Below are positions 34,015-45,338 of a stretch of DNA of 64,000 nucleotides, one piece after another. Position 1 is the first letter of the stretch; the number at the start of each line of letters is the position of its first letter. The stretch is from a virus. Position numbers and translations under genes: made by a program. The notes beneath the pieces were generated by a model that was not told where the DNA came from, did no database searches, and worked only from the letters and a program-made list of their open reading frames with translations. The stretch is from positions 21,072 through 85,071 of the IMG/VR virus record IMGVR_UViG_3300036785_000488. The stretch is one strand, 5' to 3'.

Positions 34015-34515
34015 CTACGCGATCTGGATTGCGACGTAGCCGGTTCCAATCGCCCCGCCAACGACACCACGCCTGAGGTATCCGCTCGATCCCCCCACTC
34101 CAATAGCCTGGAGAGCAAGCGCCCCAGGAGCCGTGATGTTTGCGAAGCATGTAAACGACAGGGGGTAGGTATTCGCTGCGATCTGACCAGCCGCGCCCCA
34201 CAATATCTGCGTACCGGTGGGACCAGAGAAAGAACCCGCAGCAGTCCCGATGACAACCTGGACAGTAAGGGATGAGTTTTGGCCCAAAGGCATATATCCC
34301 TGACCGGTGAAGGTGACCATCCACAGACCTACCGCCAGTGAGCCGGTCGAGAGAAAGGTCTGCATTGCTGTTGTTACGTTGAAGTCGGCACCGATAACGC
34401 CCGCCACCTGATTTATCCCTATCCCTGGCGGTCCCTGAGGCCCGGCGGGACCGGGGACACCAGTCACAGCAACGTAAGCACTCGTTCCTACATCCCAATA
34501 CTTGAGAACAGCCAT
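34015..34515 (-). CDS. small fibre-associated protein, LKYWD family member 1
   Basis: MAVLKYWDV...AY, short G-X-Y stretch, beta-rich C-terminus. Confidence 0.7.
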   Translation of the reverse strand: MAVLKYWDVGTSAYVAVTGVPGPAGPQGPPGIGINQVAGVIGADFNVTTAMQTFLSTGSLAVGLWMVTFTGQGYMPLGQNSSLTVQVVIGTAAGSFSGPTGTQILWGAAGQIAANTYPLSFTCFANITAPGALALQAIGVGGSSGYLRRGVVGGAIGTGYVAIQIA

Positions 34516-37500
34516 TAGCCCGTCCCTAAGTAATCCACGAATACGAATGTGATGTTACGGCCAGTTTGCCCAGCCCAAGCCGCAGAAGCCGAGCTTGCTA
34601 TCCGAAACTGATCACCGGCATTAGCTCTCACACTCTGATTGACTACGTGTGAGACCCCTCCTCCGCTATTAGTGTTTGAAATGGTGTATTGCTGAAAAAT
34701 AGTGGCTCCGTTCCCCGACTCCATGTTAAGCCATCCTTGTTGAGCTGCCCCCGTCGTAACACCACGTACTTGTGCTCCGATACGCCAAACTCCTGCTATA
34801 GGTGCCGTGATCAAACCGTTGGCGATGTTGTAAAGGTTGTAGTCGTCGTACACCTCAGTGTCGAAGGTGACTAAGCCATTGGTGGTGGGCCACGTAAAAG
34901 CGGCGTTGCGGTAAGCACTGGCATGTAAAACATCGCGAGCCTTTTTCCACGCACCACCGTTCAAAGACACCCAGACCTCACCTGATGTGTCCGTGAAGAA
35001 GTTGACCCCGGAGGGTGGCGGTACTTGTGGCGGAATGTATGGAACGCTCCCCGGTGTCGGTGTGCTGGTATCAACCCAGAGCAAACCTGCGGGCGGGGCG
35101 ATGGTCGGTGCGTTCGACGGTGGTGCAGTCGAGGCCACCTCTGCGTAGGCCACTGATGTAGCAAGAGGCCAAGGAAGATTCGCTATCCAGTTCGGTGAGA
35201 TCAACAACGCATTGTTGGCCCATGCCGTAGTGGGCATGGCGCTCTGATTCGCGATGTAAGCACCAGTGCCGAAGAGAAGCGTGACGTGACCACCAGGAGA
35301 GTTGACGTTTGACGCCTGAGTTTGAATGCCAACCGTGGCACCCGCCGGGGAGGATGGACTCCAAATCGTGAACATATACGGATGATTTGCCAACACGTTG
35401 ATCGGAGTCTGGAGTGTGATCGTGTTCCACGCACCAGGCGTCACCGATGCCGGGTTACCTACTGCAAGCTGAGTGGTAGTTGCCGGGTCCCACACCTGTA
35501 CTTGCCAGCCAGCCGTTGTCAAACCACCAGTGTTTGCAGCATCGCAATACCAGTCGACACTGCTCACCCAACCAGCAGTACTGAACTGAAACCGAAGTCC
35601 GATGTTGTAGCCCGATAGCTGCTGGCCGGAACCCTCTGTCAGATGGATGTTGTCAGCCGCTGCTGCAACACCTTTGGGGCCGTAAAGCAGGTCGTTCTGG
35701 GTATTTAAGTAGAAATCACCCGTTACTCCCTGATTGGCTGGTAACCCCGCTCCGCTCCAGACCGTGCCACCACCACTACCCGAAGATCCCTGGGCACCCT
35801 GTGCTCCTGCTGCTCCTTGCGCGCCAGCGGCTCCCTGAGCACCAACATTGCCTGCGATGCCAAGAGTCCAAGCGGCATACGTTCCGCTGCCTGCCACGGT
35901 GTCGATGTTGATCGTGAGCGAGGTGCCTGAATATGCCGTAACGGCACCTTCCATGTAGTTGGTCGGCGTGGTCGTATAAGCGGCACGTACACGCGCACCG
36001 ACCCCATAAGCGAGACCGGCTTGAGTTACGAAGACTTTTGATCCGACGCCAATCGCGAAAGAAGTTGCCGATGTAGCGGTGTAACCCGCACCTTGTGCGC
36101 CTTGCGCTCCTGTCGTCCCCTGAGCACCTGCTGCGCCTTGAGGACCCGTACTACCGGTTGCTCCAGCCGCACCCTGTGCTCCTGTTGTTCCTGGAGCACC
36201 GGTCGCGCCTTGTGCGCCTTGTGCTCCTGTCCCCGTCGCTCCTTGCGGACCTTGCGGTCCCGTGCTACCCGCAGCACCAGTAGCGCCCTGAGGCCCTGCA
36301 CCCCCAGTCGCTCCTGTTGCGCCTTGCGGACCTGCCACACCAGTCGCACCGGTAACACCTTGTGTACCTTGTGGTCCCTGTGCTCCTGTCCCTGTTGCAC
36401 CTTGAGTACCTGTTGCTCCTTGCGCTCCTGTCGAACCTTGGGCACCAGTTGCTCCCTGCGCTCCCGCTGCTCCTTGCGTCCCCTGTGGGCCGCGCAGCGT
36501 CGTGATGTACGTCACCGTCACCGAGGTCTGTGACTGCACCGAGGTCACGTTGCCGTAGAAGCCCAACGAGTTGGCGTTGGTCGACATCACGTTGTCGCCA
36601 ACCTTGATCGTGCGACCGGCGACAGCAGTGGGCACGATGGCTGCGGTGGTACCCGAGCCGTTCATCTGCGTGACGGTGGTCCAGTTGTCCAGGCCCTCTA
36701 GACCCTGCGGTCCTTGTGCTCCAGCGGCTCCCTGCGCGCCCGCCGCCCCTTGTGCCCCAGCAGCACCTTGAGCACCAACAGAACCCTGGGCACCCGTCGC
36801 TCCTTGAGCACCAGTACCCGTCGCACCCTGAGCACCTTGCGGACCCGTACCGCCGGTAGCTCCCGTCGATCCCTGCGGACCTATACTGCCAGTCGCTCCG
36901 ACTGCGCCCTGCGCTCCTTGAGCACCCTGCGCTCCTGTACCGGTCGCGCCCTGAAAACCTTGCGGGCCTTGAGCACCCGTCGAACCGGGAGCACCGGCTG
37001 CACCTTGTGCCCCAGCAGCACCTTGTGGTCCGGTAACGCTTGCGCCTTGAGCGCCCTGAGGCCCAGTGCTACCAGTCGCACCAGTTGCACCCTGAGGTCC
37101 AGCGCCACCAGTGGCACCGGTTACGCCTTGAGTACCCGTCGCTCCTTGCGCTCCTTGCGCTCCTGTACCTGTGACTCCCTGGGGACCTTGAGCACCCGTT
37201 GCGCCCTGCGTGCCCTGAAGACCCTGAGGGCCTTGGACTCCAACCTGGCCCGCGATCCCAATGTTCCATGAGACAAAGGTGCCGGTACCCATGGTCGTGT
37301 CGACATTGATCGTCAGCGTCGTACCCGAGTACGCCGTGACGGCACCCTCCATCCAGACAATCGCTGTATTGCTCGCGCGTGCTCGATCACCGACCAAGTA
37401 CGCCAGTCCAGCTTGCGTCGTGAACGTCTTCGATCCGGTACCGATGACGTTGCTCGTAGTCGAAGTAGCGGTGTAGCCAGCCCCCTGCGGACCCTGTGTA

Positions 37501-38921
37501 CCGGTCGCACCTTGCGCGCCCGTGGTTCCTTGTGCCCCGGTGGAACCTTGCGCTCCAACAGCGCCCTGCGGACCTGTGCCACCAACGGCACCCGTAGCTC
37601 CTTGCACGCCCTGAGGACCCGTCGATCCAGTTGCCCCCGTCGATCCCTGGGCACCGGGCGATCCCTGGGGGCCGGTTACCGATGCGCCCTGTGCTCCCTG
37701 TGGTCCTTGCGTGCCGGTGGCACCTGCGGCCCCAGTCGTACCTTGCGGACCCGCCGCTCCTATGACGCCCTGGGTACCCTGTGGGCCGGTCGATCCGGTT
37801 GCCCCGGTGACTCCCTGGGTCCCTTGGGGACCGGTCGACCCCTGGGGACCGGCGGAACCCTGTGGTCCCGGCACCGAGGACGGCGCACCCTGAGCGCCCT
37901 GAGCACCAGGCGCACCGGTTGCTCCCTGCACCCCTTGGGGACCAGTCGAACCAGTCGTGCCGGTGGCACCTTGCGGACCCGCTGCACCTTGTGGTCCCGT
38001 GCCCCCGGTCGCACCGACTGCTCCCTGCACACCCTGCGGTCCCGGCACAGTCGAAGCTGCACCCTGCACACCCTGAGGACCGGTCGCACCGACAACTCCC
38101 TGTGTCCCCTGAGGACCGGTCGGGCCGGTTGCCCCGACGACGCCCTGCGTCCCCTGGAGGCCCTGAGGCCCCTGGGTGCCAGTAGCTCCCGTGGCACCCT
38201 GTGTGCCGGTCGAGCCTTGCGGGCCTGCTACACCCTGAGTGCCCTGGGGGCCAGCAGCCCCGGTCGTTCCAGTTGATCCGGTGAGTCCCTGGAAGCCCTG
38301 CGGACCCTGACTACCCTGCGCCCCGGTGACTCCCGGTGGACCCTGCGCGCCCTGCGCCCCGGTCCCCGGCGGTCCCTGGGGACCTTGTGATCCGGTCGCT
38401 CCCTGCGGGCCTGCTGCGCCCTGAGCGCCGGTCCCTGATGGCCCCTGCGGCCCGGTTCCTCCCGTCGCACCTTGAGAACCCTGGGGGCCTGCTGGTCCCT
38501 GTGCTCCGGTCCCCGCCGGTCCCTGGACACCCTGAGTTCCCTGCGGACCCTGAGTCCCTACAGCTCCACTATTGCCCTGCGGACCCTGTGTTCCAGGTGA
38601 GCCAATGGCACCCTGGGCACCCGGAGATCCCTGAGCGCCTTGAGGGCCTTGGGTACCACCGCCGCTGCCCTGGGGAGTGGGCGGGAGGTACGTCGGGTAG
38701 GCCGGATCACCGCCCTGAAAGATGCACCAGACGACGGCACCGACAGCCGGTGTCGAACTCGTCGTCGTGAGCGGAGGTGCCCAGATCTTGACCGGCATGG
38801 TCCCGTAGATCTGGGGGATATACATCTGAATGCGATGCGTCTTGGACGGATCATTGGTCGCGTAGACCTTGGCCGGGTAGACGCCGGGGTACTGCGAGCT
38901 GCCGTTCGTACTAACAGACAT
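34515..38921 (-). CDS. baseplate spike (gp5/gpV OB-fold) fused to long collagen-like fibre with DUF4082-like and C1q-like domains
   Basis: YPGVYPAKV...DP....RI...IPQI...WA.P...PAVG..VW..FQGGD..YP; about 1000 aa of G-X-Y with inserts; GLRFQFS..G....WNTITL.TPI.V; VTFDTEVYD.......G.ITAP.AGVW. Confidence 0.8.
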   Translation of the reverse strand: MSVSTNGSSQYPGVYPAKVYATNDPSKTHRIQMYIPQIYGTMPVKIWAPPLTTTSSTPAVGAVVWCIFQGGDPAYPTYLPPTPQGSGGGTQGPQGAQGSPGAQGAIGSPGTQGPQGNSGAVGTQGPQGTQGVQGPAGTGAQGPAGPQGSQGATGGTGPQGPSGTGAQGAAGPQGATGSQGPQGPPGTGAQGAQGPPGVTGAQGSQGPQGFQGLTGSTGTTGAAGPQGTQGVAGPQGSTGTQGATGATGTQGPQGLQGTQGVVGATGPTGPQGTQGVVGATGPQGVQGAASTVPGPQGVQGAVGATGGTGPQGAAGPQGATGTTGSTGPQGVQGATGAPGAQGAQGAPSSVPGPQGSAGPQGSTGPQGTQGVTGATGSTGPQGTQGVIGAAGPQGTTGAAGATGTQGPQGAQGASVTGPQGSPGAQGSTGATGSTGPQGVQGATGAVGGTGPQGAVGAQGSTGAQGTTGAQGATGTQGPQGAGYTATSTTSNVIGTGSKTFTTQAGLAYLVGDRARASNTAIVWMEGAVTAYSGTTLTINVDTTMGTGTFVSWNIGIAGQVGVQGPQGLQGTQGATGAQGPQGVTGTGAQGAQGATGTQGVTGATGGAGPQGATGATGSTGPQGAQGASVTGPQGAAGAQGAAGAPGSTGAQGPQGFQGATGTGAQGAQGAQGAVGATGSIGPQGSTGATGGTGPQGAQGATGTGAQGATGAQGSVGAQGAAGAQGAAGAQGAAGAQGPQGLEGLDNWTTVTQMNGSGTTAAIVPTAVAGRTIKVGDNVMSTNANSLGFYGNVTSVQSQTSVTVTYITTLRGPQGTQGAAGAQGATGAQGSTGAQGATGTQGATGTGAQGPQGTQGVTGATGVAGPQGATGATGGAGPQGATGAAGSTGPQGPQGATGTGAQGAQGATGAPGTTGAQGAAGATGSTGPQGAAGAQGTTGAQGAQGAGYTATSATSFAIGVGSKVFVTQAGLAYGVGARVRAAYTTTPTNYMEGAVTAYSGTSLTINIDTVAGSGTYAAWTLGIAGNVGAQGAAGAQGAAGAQGAQGSSGSGGGTVWSGAGLPANQGVTGDFYLNTQNDLLYGPKGVAAAADNIHLTEGSGQQLSGYNIGLRFQFSTAGWVSSVDWYCDAANTGGLTTAGWQVQVWDPATTTQLAVGNPASVTPGAWNTITLQTPINVLANHPYMFTIWSPSSPAGATVGIQTQASNVNSPGGHVTLLFGTGAYIANQSAMPTTAWANNALLISPNWIANLPWPLATSVAYAEVASTAPPSNAPTIAPPAGLLWVDTSTPTPGSVPYIPPQVPPPSGVNFFTDTSGEVWVSLNGGAWKKARDVLHASAYRNAAFTWPTTNGLVTFDTEVYDDYNLYNIANGLITAPIAGVWRIGAQVRGVTTGAAQQGWLNMESGNGATIFQQYTISNTNSGGGVSHVVNQSVRANAGDQFRIASSASAAWAGQTGRNITFVFVDYLGTG

Positions 38922-40101
38922 CGATGTTGGAGGCGTATGCCGCCCGCCAACGATTGTTGACCAAGGTGGTGGGCGGGGCGTTGGAGATCGAGTAGGCGAA
39001 CGGATTGGTGGGGGAAAAGGCGACAGCAGTGCCTTGGATGGCGCGCACTCCTTTGTCCCCAGTGGAATCGCGCCCAAGAGAAAGGTCGAGGGAGTAGCTC
39101 CACGACTCGATCTTGTGGACCACACACTGCACCCACCAGATACCGTCGTTGACGGCATCGATGCCGGAGATCACTACGGGCACCCCCTGGCGCACGGTGG
39201 TGAGACCACTGACGGTAGCGATGGCCTGGTAGACCCAGCGGTTGGAGTCAGCTATGCCCTGAAGAGTGGCCTGAGCTGCACCCTGGTTGACGACCACGGT
39301 GTCGGAGATCTGTTGACCGAAGAACGGGTAGTTCTGGTCCCGACCCAGAGGGATGGAGTTCGTGGCGTCGTTGTTGGCGCTGAAGATCTGACCGGTTCGG
39401 AGATCCAACCCACCGATGTTCCGCACTGCCTTGGTACCTCCGGCGTAGCTAGAGTTCGACTCACCGGTCAAGGAATGGAACACACTCATGGTCTGTTGCA
39501 GTCCATTCGGAGCAGCATTACGAGACACGAAGATCGGCATGGTGGACCAATACCGCTGCATGGAGAGATCGACCGACACAAAGCGAATTCTGGTCTTGTT
39601 GCACGCCAGGGAGTAGCCGGTCTTCGCAGACAACTGTGTCAGATAAGACCACGCCGAATCACCAGTACAAGAAAGTTGCGGCCATATTGGATCATCGTCC
39701 TGAACAACCGAGGCCAAGAAGTACTGACTCGCAATCTGTTCCACCAAGGATGATGCCTGGACGGTCGACCATGCTCCGATGAAGGGGTCCTTGAGGGTAT
39801 AGCTGGCTCCGATACAAACCACATCCTCAAGAGCTGAGAGGTCGGAGATGGTGCGGTCGTAATGGTTTTCAATGTGATCGACGTATCCATAGAAGTAGTC
39901 GAGATCGAGAGGTTGCCAGCCGTACTGCATCTTCACCGGAGTACCAGGCTGCAGCTCAGGAACCGAAGTGTTCTCGCCGCGCAGTGTGATGATGGCGGTG
40001 TCGTGCATCCCCTCAGTCTGGACGACCTTGACATTGCTCACCGTCTTGATGGCAGCACGGCCCGCAGGGTCGAAGATCGGTAGGGCGTACGCCTTGATCA
40101 T
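38911..40101 (-). CDS. baseplate hub (gp27/GPD/VgrG-like)
   Basis: Position; [33 protein letters not shown]. Confidence 0.75.
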   Translation of the reverse strand: MIKAYALPIFDPAGRAAIKTVSNVKVVQTEGMHDTAIITLRGENTSVPELQPGTPVKMQYGWQPLDLDYFYGYVDHIENHYDRTISDLSALEDVVCIGASYTLKDPFIGAWSTVQASSLVEQIASQYFLASVVQDDDPIWPQLSCTGDSAWSYLTQLSAKTGYSLACNKTRIRFVSVDLSMQRYWSTMPIFVSRNAAPNGLQQTMSVFHSLTGESNSSYAGGTKAVRNIGGLDLRTGQIFSANNDATNSIPLGRDQNYPFFGQQISDTVVVNQGAAQATLQGIADSNRWVYQAIATVSGLTTVRQGVPVVISGIDAVNDGIWWVQCVVHKIESWSYSLDLSLGRDSTGDKGVRAIQGTAVAFSPTNPFAYSISNAPPTTLVNNRWRAAYASNIDVC

Positions 40102-40376
40102 TGGGATGGGAGCCTGATGATCGAGCCGACGACGAGGTTGTCGGGATAGAAAATCTCGGGGTTGGCGTAGGCGATCTTGTACCAGTAATCGGGGATGCCG
40201 TAGAGATCACTGGCGATGGTGTCCAGGCGATCACCCTCGACCACGGTGTAGTACACGAAGTTGACCACGGGTGCGGGAGGTGGACCGTAGACAGCGGCGG
40301 CGTACGCCTGTTCGTCAGGATCGTTGAGGACCGTGACCACCGGCTGACCCATATAGCGAGATCCGTTGACGATCAT
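40098..40376 (-). CDS. LysM / tail-X baseplate protein
   Basis: YTVVEGDRLDTIA..LYG.PDYWYKIAYANPEI.YP..L..G..IRLP. Confidence 0.85.
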   Translation of the reverse strand: MIVNGSRYMGQPVVTVLNDPDEQAYAAAVYGPPPAPVVNFVYYTVVEGDRLDTIASDLYGIPDYWYKIAYANPEIFYPDNLVVGSIIRLPSQ

Positions 40377-41704
40377 TTCGTGAACGGCTTTCCGTTGGGG
40401 AGCTTCTGTGGACCACCCTGACCCGACGTGGTGATCAGTTGGCTGACGAGGTCGGCACCAGACTCCGAAGGGTTCCAGACACGCATGACCTGGATCTGCG
40501 CCCAGGCTTCAACCGGGATCATGTCGGAGGAGAACAGAGTGAAGGCGTAGTTCAAGCTCGTCATGAAGCCCTGGAACTGAATGGAGTTGCCAGCTCCGAA
40601 GACAACCTGTACCGGCAGCATGGATGCGGCGTAGCCACCCCACCCGTTCGATCCGAGACCTGTAGCACCGCCACCTTTCACCGATGCATCGAAGAGACCA
40701 TATAGTCGCTCTAAAGCGCGGATGTCCCAACGAGTTCCTTCATCGGATGGCCCAGGGATGTTCCCCTGCCATACCTCGTACATCCGGTTGAAGTAGATGG
40801 TGAAGTTGATGGTCTGGTTCTGTGCCATGTACCCGCCAGATTGGAACATCTCATTGGACTGCATCTGGAACGGATTCAGATGTGCCTGGTCGATCTGGAG
40901 GTTCATGTCAATCTCCAGAGGGTTCATCATGAAGTAGCACTTGAACTGTTTCGCCACCAGCTCGCCTATTCCTCCGCGCACGAGGTGCGTGATCGGGGCA
41001 AACTCCGGTGCTGAACCGAAAGGGGCGACCCTCATGCTGCCACTGCCTTTGACCGAGGGAACATTCTGTCCCTGGAAGAGAGCAGAGAAGGGGAGGTTGT
41101 TGCGAGGGTCTTTCAGGGCCTCGATGTTCTTCTTCAGGTCGGCCATCTGCTGCGGGTTGAGTCCCGTGTTCGTGCTGCTGCTGTTGCCGCTGCCGCTACC
41201 TGACCCCGACCCAGGGGAAATAGTGGCGCTGCCAGAGGCACCGGTCACCCGCTTCACACCTCGGAAGGGTTCAGATGCGTCACCGATGAGGTCAACTTGC
41301 GCCATCTTGACCACATCACCGCTGTGCGGTGCTTCGATGGTCTGCCCACCTCCGGCGTACATCTTGACGTGCGCGTTCTGCCCACTGTTCCCAGGCTGGA
41401 AATACAACAACAGATCACCGACGACTAGGTCACCAGCGGTAAGGCCCGACTGCTTCAGGGCGTCGTACGCCGTCGTCAAGGTGGTGTTGTTGCCCCACTC
41501 GGTGTCTGTGGTCCAGCCGACATCGATGTGCGGGCCATTGAGATAGGAGTAGTTCATCAACCCGGAACAGTCGAAAGCGCCCGGTCCATGTGCCCCGTAG
41601 ACGTATGGCTTGCCGAGCTGTCGCTTGGCAACCGCGAGAGCTGCATCACCGGGTCCCGTCGTCTGGGACGTGACGTTCTCCATGGGGCTGAGGAAGTCAG
41701 CCAT
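40373..41704 (-). CDS. NlpC/P60 peptidase fused to tail-tube-initiator-like domain
   Basis: LGKPYVYGA.GP.AFDCSGL, HV.MY.GGG..IEAP; C-terminal FMMNP...F..FS.DMIP. Confidence 0.85.
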   Translation of the reverse strand: MADFLSPMENVTSQTTGPGDAALAVAKRQLGKPYVYGAHGPGAFDCSGLMNYSYLNGPHIDVGWTTDTEWGNNTTLTTAYDALKQSGLTAGDLVVGDLLLYFQPGNSGQNAHVKMYAGGGQTIEAPHSGDVVKMAQVDLIGDASEPFRGVKRVTGASGSATISPGSGSGSGSGNSSSTNTGLNPQQMADLKKNIEALKDPRNNLPFSALFQGQNVPSVKGSGSMRVAPFGSAPEFAPITHLVRGGIGELVAKQFKCYFMMNPLEIDMNLQIDQAHLNPFQMQSNEMFQSGGYMAQNQTINFTIYFNRMYEVWQGNIPGPSDEGTRWDIRALERLYGLFDASVKGGGATGLGSNGWGGYAASMLPVQVVFGAGNSIQFQGFMTSLNYAFTLFSSDMIPVEAWAQIQVMRVWNPSESGADLVSQLITTSGQGGPQKLPNGKPFTK

Positions 41705-44382
41705 TACGTGGACCTCACTCCTGCGATGATGGTGCGCTTGGATACTGCACCAACAAACTGAGTGGCGAGATTCTCCATGTCCTGTGCTGACGCGCCACTC
41801 GGAACTTGCAGCACGACCGATCCCTGGTTGAAGTTCAAGTGTGTGACCGGAGCACCTCCACCACCCATGCCGCCGCCACGGTTATAGGGGGAGCGGGAGT
41901 AGTTGTCCGCTGCCGGAAGCACAGCTTCGCCTTGGTGGAGGAGAGCGAGCTGGGTGCGAGCGACGAGCTGGGAACCACGCGCCAGTGAGCTGTAGCCACC
42001 GCCCGACCATGTGCTCAGACCCTTGTACGAGGCACCGGACAGACCCTTCCCGGCCTGGAGAGCACCGACGATGTCGCTATAGGAACTGGATTTCAACGTG
42101 TCGACTGTGGCTTCCAGTCCCTGCTGCCAGCTCGTGTATGCCTGGACGCCTTGTCCCCCGCCCAGATTGTTCATGTTGGAGGACCCTGGCATCGGGTACG
42201 TCGTGTTCAGTGGGTTGTACTTCGCCGTGTTGTGCCAGTTGCCGCCCTCGCGGTTCTCCCACGTCACGATGGAGTTGACGTTGGAGGAACTGGTAGGCGC
42301 ACCGATGGCGGCCAGGAGGGCCTGCGCCCAGGTGGTCTGGTTGTAGTCACCACCCGCCGGGATGGTCCCGGAGAAGGCACCGGTATTCCCCGCACCAGAA
42401 GCGGAGCCAGCGTTACCACCACCGGTTGAGCTTGAACCTCCTGAGGAACCTCCTGAGGTCTGCGTTACCTTGAACATTCCGGATGCATCAGAAGTGGTGG
42501 ACAGATTGCCGCGAGTGAGGAACCCAGTTATTGGGCCTCCCACACCACCACCAGCTCCTGGCATACCAGTGCCGGATCCTTTGCCACCAGTGAGTCCAAA
42601 AACCAGAGCAGCGGCGAGCGTGTTCTGCCCCTTTTGAACTGGTTGGGTGAGAGCGTAGAGAACGCTGTCGCGGGGCGGCTTCTCCAACAGATGGTGTGCC
42701 GAGGTCTTTTCCGCCGTCTTGGGCTGGCTGTGCTTCGGTTCCGCAGCACCAGCAGGCGTACCTCCGAGGAGACCACCAAGGAAGCCACCGATGTGACCAC
42801 CAATGCTGCCGAGCATGTGACCAGCACCGCCAAGGAGGTGACCGGCACCCCCACCACCGAGAAGTCCCATAGGGCTGAGTTTGAGAAGACTGCCAAGTCC
42901 ACCGCCGCCGCCGAAAAGGCTGCCAAGTCCACCGAGTCCCCCGAATCCATGGAGGAGACCACCGAGCTGACCGAGACCGCCACCACCGAGGAGACCGCCG
43001 ATACTGCCCAGCCCCCCTCCTCCACCGAGTCCACCCATCGGACTGAGGAGCTTGCCGAGAATCCCACCTCCGGGAAGGAACCCACTCAGCGGACTCCATC
43101 CACCGGGACCACCGCCACCAGTGAGTGGACTGAGAACCGAGGCAGCAGCCCCCCACCCAGCCTGGCCCAGCACACTGAGATCTCTAGCGGTCTGACCGAG
43201 AGCTGGGAAGAACTGAGACTCCGCTCGACCCTTGGCACTCTGTGCCTTCAGTTGCTGCATGTAGGTCGAACCGGCAGCCGGTGTACCAGAGATGTCGGTT
43301 CCACCCCTGCCGAGTTTCTTGCCCTGATTCTGCATGGCGATGCGCTGAGTGGCGTAACTCCAGAACGCTTCGTAGCCCGCGCTCCCAGGTGCGAGGCCGA
43401 ATACCTGCTCAAGGTTGGCTGCCCATGGGTGACCCGGCTTCATCCATTCTTCAAACTGGGCGTACGACGGCTTCCCCCCGACATTGCGCGACATGAAATC
43501 GAAGATCTGTACGTACTGTGCCGTGCCGGTGAGCTGCTTCCCGCCGGGGCTGAAGTTGAAGCCGTAGGCCATCTCTTGGTTGAGAGTCTGCGGGGCCATC
43601 GACTGGAGTTGCGTCTGCATGGCCTGCTGTGGACTCATGTTCGGCACCAACGTCATCAGGTTGCCTGCTTGACGCCATGCGTTCGCCCCTTGTGCCGATC
43701 CTGGAACGATGCCCATGTTCATCGCCATGTAGAGATTGCTCTGGGCGAAGTCCGAAGGCTGTTGTGTGAGGACCCCCGCTGGCTGCTGATACAGGCTGCG
43801 CTGACTGACACCAGCAGCGGGAGCGATCATCTGGGCGATGGTCTGACCCTGTACTGCTTGGGAAACCAGGCCCTGGGCGTACTTCGCTCCTGCACCGACA
43901 GCCGCTGGAATCATGGAGTCTGCAGCTCGCTGAGCCATCGCGGCTGTGCCCGATTGCTGTTGAGGGAACGAGGAACCGGTCCCTCTACTGGCGGTGCCCT
44001 GGTCCATACTCGGCGTGCCCTTGAACCCTTGGTCACCCGGCTGAGTCGCGTTCGGCATCTGCATCGTGGTGTCGGCGGCATCACCGGTCTTGCCGGAGGG
44101 TCCACCCGGACTAGGTGCACCCATCCCGCCGCCACCACCACCGCCCAGTCCACCCAGAGTGCTGATCGCACCCTGCAGGTTGTTCTGCATGTTCTGCATG
44201 CTCTTGTTGAGCGTGTCTACGGCACTGCTGATGTCACCCAGGATCTGCTTGGCAGTGGTGCCGAAGTTGGTGAAGGCCGACTGGACACCGGACACCGCGC
44301 CAGAGATCTTGCCGACCTCCTCCCCGAATCTCTTCGGACCTTCGGAGTCGAAGAGACCAGCTCCATATCCGCCGTCAGGCAT
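41704..44382 (-). CDS. tape measure protein with C-terminal lysozyme-like domain
   Basis: Position; Gly-rich; WAQALL.......NV..I.TW..REGG......YNPLNTT; ALLHQGEAVLPA. Confidence 0.8.
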   Translation of the reverse strand: MPDGGYGAGLFDSEGPKRFGEEVGKISGAVSGVQSAFTNFGTTAKQILGDISSAVDTLNKSMQNMQNNLQGAISTLGGLGGGGGGGMGAPSPGGPSGKTGDAADTTMQMPNATQPGDQGFKGTPSMDQGTASRGTGSSFPQQQSGTAAMAQRAADSMIPAAVGAGAKYAQGLVSQAVQGQTIAQMIAPAAGVSQRSLYQQPAGVLTQQPSDFAQSNLYMAMNMGIVPGSAQGANAWRQAGNLMTLVPNMSPQQAMQTQLQSMAPQTLNQEMAYGFNFSPGGKQLTGTAQYVQIFDFMSRNVGGKPSYAQFEEWMKPGHPWAANLEQVFGLAPGSAGYEAFWSYATQRIAMQNQGKKLGRGGTDISGTPAAGSTYMQQLKAQSAKGRAESQFFPALGQTARDLSVLGQAGWGAAASVLSPLTGGGGPGGWSPLSGFLPGGGILGKLLSPMGGLGGGGGLGSIGGLLGGGGLGQLGGLLHGFGGLGGLGSLFGGGGGLGSLLKLSPMGLLGGGGAGHLLGGAGHMLGSIGGHIGGFLGGLLGGTPAGAAEPKHSQPKTAEKTSAHHLLEKPPRDSVLYALTQPVQKGQNTLAAALVFGLTGGKGSGTGMPGAGGGVGGPITGFLTRGNLSTTSDASGMFKVTQTSGGSSGGSSSTGGGNAGSASGAGNTGAFSGTIPAGGDYNQTTWAQALLAAIGAPTSSSNVNSIVTWENREGGNWHNTAKYNPLNTTYPMPGSSNMNNLGGGQGVQAYTSWQQGLEATVDTLKSSSYSDIVGALQAGKGLSGASYKGLSTWSGGGYSSLARGSQLVARTQLALLHQGEAVLPAADNYSRSPYNRGGGMGGGGAPVTHLNFNQGSVVLQVPSGASAQDMENLATQFVGAVSKRTIIAGVRST

Positions 44383-44528
44383 GTTCGCTCACCACGACGT
44401 CTACCCAGTGCTTGCGCTCGTAGTAAGGCATGGCCTTGATCTCGGACAGGCTCCAACCAGTGAACTTCTCTGAGATGCGGCGGTACTCCAGGAAGAGGAG
44501 ATCGAAGGGGGAGAGAGTGTTAGCGAAA
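44375..44528 (-). CDS. frameshifted extension of the tail assembly chaperone (T domain)
   Basis: +1 frame reads FANTLSPFDLLFLEYRRISEKFTGWSLSEIKAMPYYERKHW...; no good independent start. Confidence 0.65.
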
Positions 44529-45338
44529 TAAGTCGACAAGGCTGAGGGTGTAGTCGGCCTCCCGTCCGCATTCGGTGCATGTCACCATCACCTCCTCCAT
44601 GCGGGGGCCAGGTTGCGCCTCAGCCAGAGCGTTCACGACAGTACGTCGGTCGGCCATACTCATCCGCTGAGCGGCAGGACCGGCCACCGGTAAGCCGTCG
44701 AGCTTGCGAAGACAGCGATCAATAGCGATGGTGGCTTCCTCCGGACCCGTGCGGTTGCCGTCGCCCACCATCTCAAGCTGGACAGCACCGGTTATGAGGG
44801 CGAGGGTCGCCGTGTGCCCATTGCGAAGCTCGACCTCGATCTCCTGAACCATCGGGTTGTCGAGTTTCTTGGTGGGAATCGAGTCCAACTCCACGATGGT
44901 GCCGAAGGTCTCACCGCAGAGACGACAGGGGAAATCAGGCACCTCCCAGTCATGACCGAAGGTGAGCATCCGCACCTCAAGCATGAGCTGGGCGCGATCT
45001 CCAGTCAGCATCCCGGCCAAGACGTTGGCCGGGACGGGATCGATGGTGCCGACTGCCTCCACCGTGCGCTTGAGCAACAGGTCGACCACCCTGGGGACAT
45101 TGATGGTCGGGTTGCGTAGCTCGCGCGCCATGGCCTCCTCATCGGAGCCATTGATCTCGCGGATCCGGGCGTCGGTGTGCAGGTTGCCCTCGGGATCGAT
45201 GTAGCCACCAGGCAACGGGAAGCGGTTGGACGGCGGTGCGTCCAGGAGAGGAACCTCCGGCTTTGTGAGCGCGTTGACCTGAGCCGCTGCCTTTTCCGGC
45301 TCAGCGAGCGGATCGATCTCCGAGTCGAAGACGGTCAT
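44520..45338 (-). CDS. tail assembly chaperone / T4 gp26-like
   Basis: Between tube and tape measure; LPGGY...REI.G.DEE, GDR..L...R..TFG, CRLC, CTEC. Confidence 0.75.
   Translation of the reverse strand: MTVFDSEIDPLAEPEKAAAQVNALTKPEVPLLDAPPSNRFPLPGGYIDPEGNLHTDARIREINGSDEEAMARELRNPTINVPRVVDLLLKRTVEAVGTIDPVPANVLAGMLTGDRAQLMLEVRMLTFGHDWEVPDFPCRLCGETFGTIVELDSIPTKKLDNPMVQEIEVELRNGHTATLALITGAVQLEMVGDGNRTGPEEATIAIDRCLRKLDGLPVAGPAAQRMSMADRRTVVNALAEAQPGPRMEEVMVTCTECGREADYTLSLVDLFR

Noticed and set aside
35790-38660. Highly repetitive 9-nt-periodic DNA as a possible CRISPR array or satellite
   Set aside because: It is coding G-X-Y collagen with synonymous variation; no repeat-spacer structure and no cas genes.
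42634-44439. 601-aa plus-strand ORF, and similar long antisense ORFs such as 5168-6397, 29462-30880, 57475-58587 and 61882-63204
   Set aside because: Shadows of real genes on the other strand, expected at high GC; no motifs or RBS. Only the 3' end of 29462-30880 (from 29689) is kept as a gene.
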